Source: a virus
Lineage: Duplodnaviria > Heunggongvirae > Uroviricota > Caudoviricetes
Reading direction: 5' to 3' (one strand)
IMG/VR virus record: IMGVR_UViG_3300020048_000032
Location: 83,147-147,146 of that record
Length of the DNA stretch: 64,000 bases
This document shows, piece after piece, positions 1 through 8,495 of this stretch. How positions within the stretch are numbered: the stretch's first letter is position 1; every line of letters begins with the position of its first letter. The notes beneath the pieces are model-generated. The model saw only the letters and a program-made list of their open reading frames with translations, ran no database searches and was not told the DNA's origin. The position numbers were made by a program, and so were the translations under genes.

Positions 1-62
1 GTAAACTCTCTTTTATCATCAATACGGTCGGATAAAAATTTTAATTTCTCTTTGATTGTCAT
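1..62 (-). CDS. Hypothetical protein, N-terminal fragment running off the window edge (MTIKEKLKFLSDRIDDKREF...)
   Basis: Manual translation; ATG at 60-62 preceded by AAGGAG; overlaps the stop region of the upstream small gene. Confidence 0.5.
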   Translation of the reverse strand, partial: MTIKEKLKFLSDRIDDKREF

Positions 63-63
63 T

Positions 64-207
64 TTAAATCTCCTTTAACGCAAGCATCAATAATGCTAAA
101 AACATAACACCCCAAAAAATCATTCCTGTAATTTCGCCTAAAAAGGTATATACCACGAAGGTAAATAAGTAAGTTGCTGTATAGGCCCAGGGCAGTATCT
201 TTTTCAT
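64..207 (-). CDS. Small 47-aa membrane protein (MKKILPWAYTATYLFTFVVYTFLGEITGMIFWGVMFLALLMLALKEI)
   Basis: Manual translation, shorter than any ORF in the supplied track; AGAGGA RBS; two hydrophobic segments; lies just downstream of a sigmaA-type promoter. Confidence 0.65.
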   Translation of the reverse strand: MKKILPWAYTATYLFTFVVYTFLGEITGMIFWGVMFLALLMLALKEI

Positions 208-226
208 TTTGTGTTCCTCTTTTTAC

Positions 227-255
227 ATTATATCATATTTTATAGATATTGTACA
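227..255 (-). promoter_or_regulatory. sigmaA/sigma70-type promoter TGTACA-N17-TATAAT with extended -10 (TGn)
   Basis: Minus strand reads TGTACA, a 17-nt spacer ending TGA, then TATAAT; same architecture as the promoters at 2226 and 3130. Confidence 0.7.
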
Positions 256-262
256 CATTTAT

Positions 263-442
263 TTAAATATAGTAATCAACTTGATGTTCTTCAATATAGT
301 AGTCGTCCTCTGTTTTCTTTATAGCACTATCCTGATTTTCAAGTGCCCAGAGAAGATGTTGTTTAGCTGCTGCCTCTGAAGAATACACTGCTATAATACC
401 ACCACTACAATTAAAGGCTAGTATCCAAACGGACTGTTTCAT
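263..442 (-). CDS. Small 59-aa hypothetical protein (MKQSVWILAFNCSGG...)
   Basis: Manual translation; GAGGA RBS; ATGA overlap with the stop of the 439..1107 gene. Confidence 0.6.
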   Translation of the reverse strand: MKQSVWILAFNCSGGIIAVYSSEAAAKQHLLWALENQDSAIKKTEDDYYIEEHQVDYYI

Positions 443-1107
443 TTTGCTTCCTCTTTATTAATAACAAGCTGTGCACTTGTTTTGCCTATGTTCCCTGTTG
501 TAAGCAATGAAGAATCCCAGGAAGAAACGAAAATATCATAACGCTGCGGTTTATTTTCACCGTCTACTTTATACATACAAGCACCACAACTGTCTAAGAC
601 CACTCCGATATATTCAGTGCCCTCTACAATAAATTTTATTTCATCATAAAAATTATATGCAATATAGTCTTTAGGAAATGGATGAGCTTTTGTTATTTTT
701 GCACACCCACCATGGTCAACAGTCAGACAAAGATATGTTGCCGCTGCAATCACCACTTTTCCTTTATAGGTAAACCACCCTTTTGAATTTACTTCAAACT
801 GGTCTATGCACATCTTAGACGTGCAGCTATCACTCTCACTTGGATAATACCTTGTTAGCGTTATATCTATGACTTTCTGTACAGGAGCTTTCTGCTCTTC
901 TTGAATCTCTACTACTTCCTCTGTAGGTTCCAATAAGTCTTCTAACAGAATATGTGGAGTAATATTTTGCAGTATATACACATGGGTGACAGTGCTTATG
1001 CTGTTTAAATATGCTACAAATAAACCCAAAGATAAAAGAAAAATAATAGCTTTGTTTTTGCGTATTAAATTTACCATGTAATATACCAGCGCCATGGCGA
1101 ATTCCAA
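439..1107 (-). CDS. Membrane-anchored 3D-domain (MltA/RlpA-like double-psi barrel) cell-wall-associated protein
   Basis: N-terminal TM helix (IIFLLSLGLFVAYL); LTRYYP...IAAAT...VVLDSCG...RYDIFV matches the 3D-domain pattern; true start may be 1093 or 1077. Confidence 0.55.
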   Translation of the reverse strand: MEFAMALVYYMVNLIRKNKAIIFLLSLGLFVAYLNSISTVTHVYILQNITPHILLEDLLEPTEEVVEIQEEQKAPVQKVIDITLTRYYPSESDSCTSKMCIDQFEVNSKGWFTYKGKVVIAAATYLCLTVDHGGCAKITKAHPFPKDYIAYNFYDEIKFIVEGTEYIGVVLDSCGACMYKVDGENKPQRYDIFVSSWDSSLLTTGNIGKTSAQLVINKEEAK

Positions 1108-1379
1108 GAAGCGGTACCTATTCGAGTTAGGGTTAACCCTTGCGCGTGGAGAAGTATAGTTAGATATCGCTCACCACTTAGATATCGTTCATGCGTAGAA
1201 AAAAAATAATAAGGAATTAAGTCAAAAGAATACTCACTCAATCCTTTATTCGCTTTCTTAAAACACTTCTTAATAAGTTTCTTTACTAGCCGCTCTTCTT
1301 TTTTAAAAGATTGTCTTGAACTAACTTCGTTGGTACGCTGTCTTAACTGGGCTTTTATATTTGGTTGTTCTGTTTGCAT
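1071..1379 (-). CDS. Hypothetical protein
   Basis: ORF track, same-strand operon context. Confidence 0.6.
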   Translation of the reverse strand: MQTEQPNIKAQLRQRTNEVSSRQSFKKEERLVKKLIKKCFKKANKGLSEYSFDLIPYYFFSTHERYLSGERYLTILLHAQGLTLTRIGTASWNSPWRWYITW

Positions 1380-1395
1380 AATGCCGCCTTTCTTT

Positions 1396-2199
1396 TTATT
1401 CTTCTAATGCGATAGATAAAATTGTCTTTACTTCAGGTTTTGATGCAAAATAACGTTTAACATCCAATTCTGAATACTTTTTTATAAACTCTATTTTTTC
1501 TGTCCCAGTAATGTCGAGATACTTTACTTCAAAACGTCTCTTAAACATATCCTCGATATCGAACTCTGAAATTAAATCTAAGAATAATCTTCTCTTGCTG
1601 TTCTTAAATTTATTTGTTCCACCTGAAAACGCACTGTTCATATTAAAGAAGTCTAATAGAATTTTATGATTCTCTGTAATATCCGCTTCGATGTACTCTT
1701 GCTGATTTACTTCGACCTCAGGATACATAGACAAAGGTAAATACCCACACAGTTTTAATTTTGCAATGATGAATGTTTTAATATCTTCATTATCTTGCAT
1801 CTCGGTCAGTTCTAGAACACGTGATACAACATCTGTAAGTCGGTCATTATCCGCATTAATATTTGATTTAATAACAGACTCTTTCCAAAATGTTTTTCTG
1901 ACCTGGTCTTCGGTATTGCCGGCGTTGTCATCGTCCTCATACATGTCAGTAGGAAACTCGTGCGCTTGAATTCTTTTCTCAACACGATATACTTCACCTG
2001 CTCGATTCCATAAACAAGTTGCTAAATATGATTCACCTAAATCTTTATTTGCCTTGAGTAATTTATATGCTTCTAAAAATAACTCTTGACGATATTCTTC
2101 ATAACGATATTCACTCCAATGACGACCACCCACTAAATCTTTTGCGTACTGGGCAGCTATCCCACAGACTAAACGACTTATTGATTTTTCACTTAACAT
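1396..2199 (-). CDS. Putative phage-encoded RNA polymerase sigma factor (sigma70 region-2-like)
   Basis: EYRQELFLEAYKLL...SYLATCLWNRAGEVYRVEKR resembles the ECF-type region 2 pattern (D..QE.FL.....F..YL.....N...D..R); has its own sigmaA promoter and GAGGAG RBS. Confidence 0.5.
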   Translation of the reverse strand: MLSEKSISRLVCGIAAQYAKDLVGGRHWSEYRYEEYRQELFLEAYKLLKANKDLGESYLATCLWNRAGEVYRVEKRIQAHEFPTDMYEDDDNAGNTEDQVRKTFWKESVIKSNINADNDRLTDVVSRVLELTEMQDNEDIKTFIIAKLKLCGYLPLSMYPEVEVNQQEYIEADITENHKILLDFFNMNSAFSGGTNKFKNSKRRLFLDLISEFDIEDMFKRRFEVKYLDITGTEKIEFIKKYSELDVKRYFASKPEVKTILSIALEE

Positions 2200-2225
2200 T
2201 ACACTCTCCTCTTGAATACCTTTTT

Positions 2226-2254
2226 ATTATATCATGAATAAGATGAAATGTAAA
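2226..2254 (-). promoter_or_regulatory. sigmaA-type promoter TTTACA-N17-TATAAT with extended -10
   Basis: Read directly on the minus strand upstream of the putative sigma factor gene. Confidence 0.75.
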
Positions 2255-2260
2255 CACTTT

Positions 2261-2911
2261 TTATAAAGATGAGCCATTTGATAGTATATATCTCCAAGAA
2301 ATATTTCGGTCTAAAAACTTTGCAATAGGATTTTCCTGTTCACTACAGATAACTGCAAAGTGTGTATCTGACAACTCTCTGGTAGAACCATATAAAGCAT
2401 CTAAGGGTAAATTGAATGGATTCCTTATCACACCATAGGTGCTTATTCCTGTGCTCAACGAAACATGTCGTAAACAGTCTAATGGGGTTTCGAAATTGCC
2501 TTCTATCATTTGAAATGGTATGATATACATTTCTACTGGGGCAAATACTCCAGAGCCATCTACTTTGATAAAATGCTGTTTGCTCATATATTTTATTCCA
2601 GGAATAAATGCTTTTATTTGAATTAACTTAGTAACTCGTGTAATGGTAACAGGCGAATAAGTATCTGTATAATTGTATTTACTGAACCATTCCTCTACTT
2701 TGCTTAATCCATCAAATAATCTTTTTAATTGAATATACTCAGAAACAAATTCACTTCCGGCTTTAGAAAGTATTTCAATTGTTTTTTCTAACTCATTCAA
2801 TTGGTCTTTAAAATAACTGTTATTAAAATTTTCATTTTTAGGCGTATCATCTTCTAGAAGTTTTGCAATATCAGTTTCATCTATCTCTACGCCTAAAATC
2901 AATCTTTTCAT
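2261..2911 (-). CDS. Hypothetical protein
   Basis: ORF track; GGAG RBS; ATGA overlap with the upstream gene. Confidence 0.7.
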   Translation of the reverse strand: MKRLILGVEIDETDIAKLLEDDTPKNENFNNSYFKDQLNELEKTIEILSKAGSEFVSEYIQLKRLFDGLSKVEEWFSKYNYTDTYSPVTITRVTKLIQIKAFIPGIKYMSKQHFIKVDGSGVFAPVEMYIIPFQMIEGNFETPLDCLRHVSLSTGISTYGVIRNPFNLPLDALYGSTRELSDTHFAVICSEQENPIAKFLDRNISWRYILSNGSSL

Positions 2912-3093
2912 TTGTTCTCCTTTAGAATATTTTCTATTGCAACTTCAATTACTGTACCGTCACTAATTTTATATTCAACTTTTGAATAAGGTAAATTTAT
3001 TTTATAGTATACAATAAATTTACAATCCTTGATAAGTTCTTTTTCAATTTGTGATAAATAAATACTAGTCTTTTCAATAAGATAATCTTTCAT
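2908..3093 (-). CDS. Small hypothetical protein (MKDYLIEKTS...)
   Basis: ORF track 2908..3108; ATG at 3093 follows GGAGG, so it is the more likely start. Confidence 0.65.
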   Translation of the reverse strand: MKDYLIEKTSIYLSQIEKELIKDCKFIVYYKINLPYSKVEYKISDGTVIEVAIENILKENK

Positions 3094-3129
3094 TTTTGTT
3101 TCCTCCAATAATGAGTCTCTACTGTATTC

Positions 3130-3158
3130 ATTATATCATATTAATATCTATTTGTAAA
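3130..3158 (-). promoter_or_regulatory. sigmaA-type promoter TTTACA-N17-TATAAT with extended -10
   Basis: Read directly on the minus strand: TTTACA AATAGATATTAATATGA TATAAT. Confidence 0.75.
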
Positions 3159-3199
3159 TATCTATAGATTAATATTAAATATAATCTACTGTATATCAT

Positions 3200-3290
3200 C
3201 TATTATATTAACTAGGCTCATTATAGGTGTCTATTATAGAGCCCCTATTATAGATGCCCCCGGGGGTGGGGGGGGGTAACTGCTATTATA
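3200..3290. repeat. Cluster of five C(T/A)TTATA-type short repeats (TATAATAG-like on the minus strand) around a CCCCCGGGGGTGGGGGGGGG tract
   Basis: CTATTATA at 3200, 3231, 3245 and 3283; CATTATAG at 3219; C5G5 palindrome plus G9 run at about 3257-3276. Confidence 0.7.
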
Positions 3291-3377
3291 CAGTGCAAAA
3301 ATAGGGGGTCATTAATCATTGTATAGTTATCTCATCCTCTACCCCTTAATAAATACTATTTAAAATAAAATTAAGTT

Positions 3378-3417
3378 GGCAGAGTGCTACAATTTTTAAG
3401 AAAGTAAACACTCTGCC
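3378..3417 (-). terminator. Hairpin GGCAGAGTG...CACTCTGCC, probable terminator of the late structural operon
   Basis: Perfect 9-bp inverted repeat about 70 nt downstream of the last baseplate gene, followed on the minus strand by AACTTAATTTTATTTT. Confidence 0.55.
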
Positions 3418-3486
3418 GTGAAAGGGATGATGCAATAAGGTTCGTAACTGCACTTAAGCAGGATTTATTGTCGTAGTATTTTAAGC

Positions 3487-4050
3487 TTAAAACGGTATAA
3501 TTAATTCAATAACTTCTGATTGGTCTGTATCCCTGTAAACAGGTTTACGGTTTGAAATTAAGGTAAGTATGCCAGGTGAAGTAATTGCTGCAGGTAATGC
3601 AACATTTGTTTCCCCGTCAAAAATACCTATGGTCTGAATAAATAATCCTACAATTCTGTAAGCAATCAGTGGGTCAACTTCTGTTCTAATTAAAGTACCT
3701 TTAACATAAACAGAGGTATATCCATTATTTATTGCTTCAGAAAAAGAAGTAGTAATTGCATACATAGACCCATTGTATTCAACAGTCCCATTTACGTTAT
3801 CAACTTTTGCGAACGCAATCGTGCTCTGTGTAACCGGGTCAATTACTGCGCCATCACCTAATAATTTATAAGCAATTGGATTTATAATTTCGGTTGTATC
3901 CGAAATCTCAGGTTGCGGATAACTATCAGAGTAAGGTTCTGGCCAGGCGCCTGTAAGGGTGTCTGGGTTTCCGATGCACATAACAAGTGCACCCTGTTCA
4001 ATGAATGCATTTGCTAATAATGTTTTTTGTTTGCTGGTAAGTACCGCCAT
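3487..4050 (-). CDS. Baseplate-associated structural protein
   Basis: Follows the wedge genes; AIG(N)P..W...P.P-type motif and C-terminal NRKPVYRDTDQSEVIELIIPF resemble myovirus baseplate proteins. Confidence 0.6.
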   Translation of the reverse strand: MAVLTSKQKTLLANAFIEQGALVMCIGNPDTLTGAWPEPYSDSYPQPEISDTTEIINPIAYKLLGDGAVIDPVTQSTIAFAKVDNVNGTVEYNGSMYAITTSFSEAINNGYTSVYVKGTLIRTEVDPLIAYRIVGLFIQTIGIFDGETNVALPAAITSPGILTLISNRKPVYRDTDQSEVIELIIPF

Positions 4051-4051
4051 T

Positions 4052-4987
4052 TTATGAGCCCTCCAAAGTGACTTTTTCTATTTTGTCATTTTCAATATTT
4101 ATCGTATAAGTCCCTTCACTGTACGAATTCAGTGTAAGATATTCACTAATCCAATCGGTATTAATAGCTAGATAGATAAATCCACTAATGGTAACTCTAT
4201 CTTTAAGTGGTACAATTTCATACGTTCCTGCAAGCGTTTGAGTAACCCCGGGAGAGGTAGAACTCAAGACTAGAGGGGTATTCCAGCGGTCATTTAAAGT
4301 GTTATAGTATCCCCAAGTTTGCAATACCTTATCCACCAAAGCAGGGTCATCGCCCGCAATAGTTTCAGATACAATCTTAGCCATATACATTCGAATTTTT
4401 TTTAATCCGAAGCTACCAATTATACCCAAGTTATTTTCTGTTAGTAATAATATAAGTTTATAAACAAACCTGAGAAGCGTTCCTGCAGGTCGTACCTCTT
4501 CTATGTCTGACCTCATAATTGTAAAACTATCAGGTAACTCTAAAGTAATAACATATCCTGGAGTATTTGGTTCATAAGGATTTTTACTTCCTTCGTATAC
4601 TTTTATCTTTGAATTTTCTGCATTGCTGTAGAAAGATTCCTCGTCAATGCTTGCTCGTGCTAAATTTTTAATTGCGTCTAAGGTTCCTCTATATTTTCTA
4701 GAGTATTCATAGTACATTAATCTTGCACGATTTGCTTCAACAGACAAAGTATCCAACCAAGTATAACCCACCAAAAGAGCTAGTTGCCGTAAATAAGGTT
4801 CATCTGCCGTCTCTACATTTAATTGTCTATAGAGCTCAGAAATATTATAATTTACGCCTTCCATCAATATTGAGAGCAGTGCAACAAAGATTGCGTAATC
4901 TGACTCCGTGATTGTTTCTGGAAGCTTCGATAACAACTTGTTATAAATAGTTAATTCTTCACTACTTAAGTTGGATGTATTTATCAT
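4052..4987 (-). CDS. Baseplate wedge protein (P2 gpI / T4 gp7-like)
   Basis: QLNVETADEPYLRQLALLVGY...YRGTLDAIK matches the Tail_P2_I pattern; lies downstream of the gp6/J gene. Confidence 0.7.
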   Translation of the reverse strand: MINTSNLSSEELTIYNKLLSKLPETITESDYAIFVALLSILMEGVNYNISELYRQLNVETADEPYLRQLALLVGYTWLDTLSVEANRARLMYYEYSRKYRGTLDAIKNLARASIDEESFYSNAENSKIKVYEGSKNPYEPNTPGYVITLELPDSFTIMRSDIEEVRPAGTLLRFVYKLILLLTENNLGIIGSFGLKKIRMYMAKIVSETIAGDDPALVDKVLQTWGYYNTLNDRWNTPLVLSSTSPGVTQTLAGTYEIVPLKDRVTISGFIYLAINTDWISEYLTLNSYSEGTYTINIENDKIEKVTLEGS

Positions 4988-7029
4988 ATATTAATTATCT
5001 CGATATTTAACACATCTTGTAAACGGTTTCTAACAATCTGAATCTTGCTACAGTCAACCGACGGCGATGTGGTTCCGGAAATAATTGATGTAGATGGTAA
5101 GATATAATTTAATCCAGAGAGCTCGTATTTATTGTGTATGTATGCAAGAAGTTGGGATAATCTAAACCCTTCACCAATCATTAGTGTATCAAAATATGCA
5201 CCAACGAGCGCTTTAATACTTGCTATAACATTTGTATTGTTACTTAATGCAGAGGACACCGCAACTGTTAAGTTGATATCTACTCCCACCACTTGAGGAG
5301 GTTGCAAGATATATTGTACTGTTCCTAATTTTACTGCGTCAAGAATATTTGATATAATTGTTTTTTGTCGTTGTGTTAAATCATAGTCTAGGGTTAAAAC
5401 TGTAATTAACAATTCATATGGTTCTAAATCTACAACACTTGTTCCAGTGTTTGACGCTTCCACAGCTGCAACTAATGCACCTACTCCACTGTCTCCGGTT
5501 AAGGGCAATTCATCAAATTGTGAAATTATTGTAGTTCCGCACAACGCCTCTAAATCAGAATAAGGATTAGAATTATCTAATAGTACCCACTTTCCGCTTG
5601 ACAAGTCTGTTGCAAAAGAGTTTCCTGTATGTGCAGTCTGACAAGCATATATAAGGTCTTGGTATACTACGGTATTTCCGACAGCATACACCGTACCAGA
5701 AATCCATGTTGTTAAAGGAACAGGAGCTAATCCACTCGCTAATCCGACTAGTTCAATAATGATAAAATTAAACGCTGACAGAAATTCATTATTATCCATC
5801 AAGTTAAAAATCTCAATTACTGTATGAGTGCCAAGCATCCCGGATTCTTCATACTTTACCTGTAGTGCTGCAAGGGTGGCTGGATTTTCTAAATCACTTG
5901 TATTAATCTCTGCCATTATTTCATAGACATAATCAATACAGAGCGGTGGTACTAAGTACCCCTCGTTTATCGCAATAGTTAAAGTTGCAATGCGGCATGC
6001 ATCAAATGTTGTAAAAGCAATTGGTGTTCCATTGTAGGTCATATCAACTGCAACTGCATCAACAAACTCATCGCTTGCGGTAACAATCAAATCCTCATAG
6101 TCAGACACGGTTACAGCGGTCTTCATTGTTCTTGCATACTTTGGCGCTTCTGCTCGAGCATTCTCAATTGTCTCTGGGTCCAGGTATCCAGCTGCAGCTA
6201 AAACGTTATTAACGGTTATTTCTGCGGGTCCAGTACCCCCTATAAGAGTATCAAAATAGTTTGCTTGAACCTGTGCAGCTAAGCCAGAGGTAACTAGATA
6301 ATCTATCTGAATTGTTATTGGAACATTTTGATTAATATAATCTTTCCAGCTTGCATCAAATTGAATATAGTAGTTACCATAAGTATCTACTAATAGTTCG
6401 TATTCATACGATGAAGTAGAGAGGTAAACGTCTTCAACGTTAGTTAAAATTATAGTACCATCATAGGTTAATAAAACTCCATTACTAGCAATATTATTTG
6501 TAGTAGATGTTAAGTAAAGTCTCCCATATTTATCTACATCACGGCTTGTTTTGAAATCAGTAACATATTGACCTTCATAGAAAGTACCTTCAACACTTAA
6601 AGCACCTACCGGTATAGTAAGAGGTTCTAAGTTATAATATTTTATATCTTGATTAGTAGACTTTGTTACATAACTAAATTTAGGAATTATATAACTAGAA
6701 TCAAATGGTGGGTTAACATCTTCAGCGTAGCCGATATTAACCACAGCACTGCTTGTTTTATAAGTGCTTAATGTATAGCCGATAAGATTTAATAAGGCTT
6801 GCACATTACTTCTTTCACGTGCAGAGCCTAGGAAAGATTCCAAGATAGACATGTCATATCTAAAATTGAGTTGGTCACCCATTGCACTAAGCAAAGTGAC
6901 TAAAACCATTCCTAAATCCTCGTCAGATGTATTTGTCCAATTTGGATTAAGTTCTGGAATTTTTACTCTAAAGTATTCTTTCCAATCTTCCATTGTACGT
7001 AAATTATGCGTAATGTTTGTGTCAATCAT
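4984..7029 (-). CDS. Baseplate wedge subunit (T4 gp6 / P2 gpJ-like) with an inserted carbohydrate-binding module
   Basis: NPNWTNTSDEDLGMVLV...ARERSNVQALLNLIGY and DPETIENARAEAP...AVTVSDYE motifs; insert WISGTVYAVGNTVVYQDLIYACQTAHT. Confidence 0.85.
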   Translation of the reverse strand: MIDTNITHNLRTMEDWKEYFRVKIPELNPNWTNTSDEDLGMVLVTLLSAMGDQLNFRYDMSILESFLGSARERSNVQALLNLIGYTLSTYKTSSAVVNIGYAEDVNPPFDSSYIIPKFSYVTKSTNQDIKYYNLEPLTIPVGALSVEGTFYEGQYVTDFKTSRDVDKYGRLYLTSTTNNIASNGVLLTYDGTIILTNVEDVYLSTSSYEYELLVDTYGNYYIQFDASWKDYINQNVPITIQIDYLVTSGLAAQVQANYFDTLIGGTGPAEITVNNVLAAAGYLDPETIENARAEAPKYARTMKTAVTVSDYEDLIVTASDEFVDAVAVDMTYNGTPIAFTTFDACRIATLTIAINEGYLVPPLCIDYVYEIMAEINTSDLENPATLAALQVKYEESGMLGTHTVIEIFNLMDNNEFLSAFNFIIIELVGLASGLAPVPLTTWISGTVYAVGNTVVYQDLIYACQTAHTGNSFATDLSSGKWVLLDNSNPYSDLEALCGTTIISQFDELPLTGDSGVGALVAAVEASNTGTSVVDLEPYELLITVLTLDYDLTQRQKTIISNILDAVKLGTVQYILQPPQVVGVDINLTVAVSSALSNNTNVIASIKALVGAYFDTLMIGEGFRLSQLLAYIHNKYELSGLNYILPSTSIISGTTSPSVDCSKIQIVRNRLQDVLNIEIINI

Positions 7030-7030
7030 G

Positions 7031-7399
7031 TTATGCCTCCGTACTAATTAATAATTCATTTGATATCCGCGTTGCATTATATATTATATCGTATCTGATA
7101 ACTATTGTCTTCTGGTCCGTAGATAGTGAGCTTGTAACGTTCTTTACTGTTACTCCACTGAATGTTGTTAATACGTCATAAACTGCAGATTGAATTAACT
7201 CCTGGGTAGCTTTTGTACCTGGCATGTATAACATCTCAAGTACATCTGAACCGTAGCCTGGTGAGCCTAGAATGGACCCACGCGGAGTTTTAATCATGAA
7301 CTTAATATCTTCAAATAGTTTTTTCTGGTCAGCAAATACCGCAGTGGAATTTGTATGTTCTGTTAGCTGTATTGTTCCCATTCCTTTATTAGAACTCAT
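7031..7399 (-). CDS. Baseplate wedge/sheath initiator (T4 gp25 / P2 gpW-like)
   Basis: IKFMIKTPRGSILGSPGYGSDVLEMLY is the gp25-family motif. Confidence 0.85.
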   Translation of the reverse strand: MSSNKGMGTIQLTEHTNSTAVFADQKKLFEDIKFMIKTPRGSILGSPGYGSDVLEMLYMPGTKATQELIQSAVYDVLTTFSGVTVKNVTSSLSTDQKTIVIRYDIIYNATRISNELLISTEA

Positions 7400-7766
7400 C
7401 GCCAGTCACCACCAATCCGTTATATCCTAGAATCTTTAATATGTTAGGAATTCTAATAGTCATTCCTTCAACTAAATCCATCATATCGAATAAATCATTT
7501 GCAGCAAGTATTACCCAATACAGTGACTCATTTCCATACACTTCATAAGCGATTCTGTAAGGGTCATATTGGTGCAATAAATCTACATTCATGTAACCAT
7601 CTGTACTCGACAAAGAACTCTTAATCTCGTTCAATCGTAGTACACGAGTATAGTCACCTTCTTCTGTAGAAAGAACAACTTTAGAATCGTACCGACTTGT
7701 AGCAACTGGAATAGACTTTAGTTTGCTTACATTTACTTCATTAGAAAACATAAAATCTTTAAGCAT
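7389..7766 (-). CDS. Baseplate wedge protein (T4 gp53 / gpX LysM-like)
   Basis: PYRIAYEVYGNESLYWVILAANDLFDMMDLVEGMTIRIP. Confidence 0.8.
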   Translation of the reverse strand: MLKDFMFSNEVNVSKLKSIPVATSRYDSKVVLSTEEGDYTRVLRLNEIKSSLSSTDGYMNVDLLHQYDPYRIAYEVYGNESLYWVILAANDLFDMMDLVEGMTIRIPNILKILGYNGLVVTGDEF

Positions 7767-7775
7767 GTTGCCTCC

Positions 7776-8495
7776 TTAATCTCCAAGAGTAAAAGATGGT
7801 AGAGTGATAACTAACCCTTCTTCAAAGGTTACTTCGCCATCACCGCCAACTTCGTTCATCTCTCCTAGCTCTAGCTTAGTATTTCCACTTTGTACAGAAA
7901 TATTACTTCGTGTTGAAGTATACTCTTTATTACCTCGTCGTGTTAGGATAGGGTCTAAAGATTGCATTTTTATTAACTGTCCTGCTTGGTCAATTATCTT
8001 TACGACTTCATGACCATCAGTATCATTGTAATATATTGTAAATCCTTTTAAAGATTTAAAAAGTACACCTTGTGCAGCTTGTGCCTCAGTATCATAAAAG
8101 TCTGACATAGAGTCATCGGTAGTAATTGGTATTGCATTTCCGCCAAGTATTGAAGCATCTTGTCCATTATAATATTTAGTATCACGAATGAGTTGTGGTA
8201 TACCTCCAAAATACACAGGTTTACTTAAGTCACCATCTTCAAACATTACAAATATTCTTGTGCCCACAGTCGGGATTATACGCTGCCCAATATCATTACC
8301 AGCAGATATCAGAACACCCGGGTTACACCAAGGTAATTCCTCATCTTTTATCCATACTCTGGATTCGTTTGGTATTCCATGATAAGACGGAATTCTTACC
8401 TTTATTCTACCGCGTCGTTCGGGGTCTTCATTCAAAACAACAACACCCCTAACAAGAGAGGTATCTTTTGTTATGCTTAGTCGTCTATTTGACAT
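7776..8495 (-). CDS. Baseplate central spike protein (T4 gp5 / VgrG N-terminal OB-fold)
   Basis: GVVVLNEDPERRGRIKVRIP...LPWC...PTVGTRIFVMFEDGDLSKPVYFG; start placed at M3 after AGGAGG. Confidence 0.85.
   Translation of the reverse strand: MSNRRLSITKDTSLVRGVVVLNEDPERRGRIKVRIPSYHGIPNESRVWIKDEELPWCNPGVLISAGNDIGQRIIPTVGTRIFVMFEDGDLSKPVYFGGIPQLIRDTKYYNGQDASILGGNAIPITTDDSMSDFYDTEAQAAQGVLFKSLKGFTIYYNDTDGHEVVKIIDQAGQLIKMQSLDPILTRRGNKEYTSTRSNISVQSGNTKLELGEMNEVGGDGEVTFEEGLVITLPSFTLGD

Noticed and set aside
3439-3450. GGTTCGTAAC resembles a tRNA T-loop
   Set aside because: The surrounding sequence does not form a cloverleaf (no acceptor, D or anticodon arms), so no tRNA was called.
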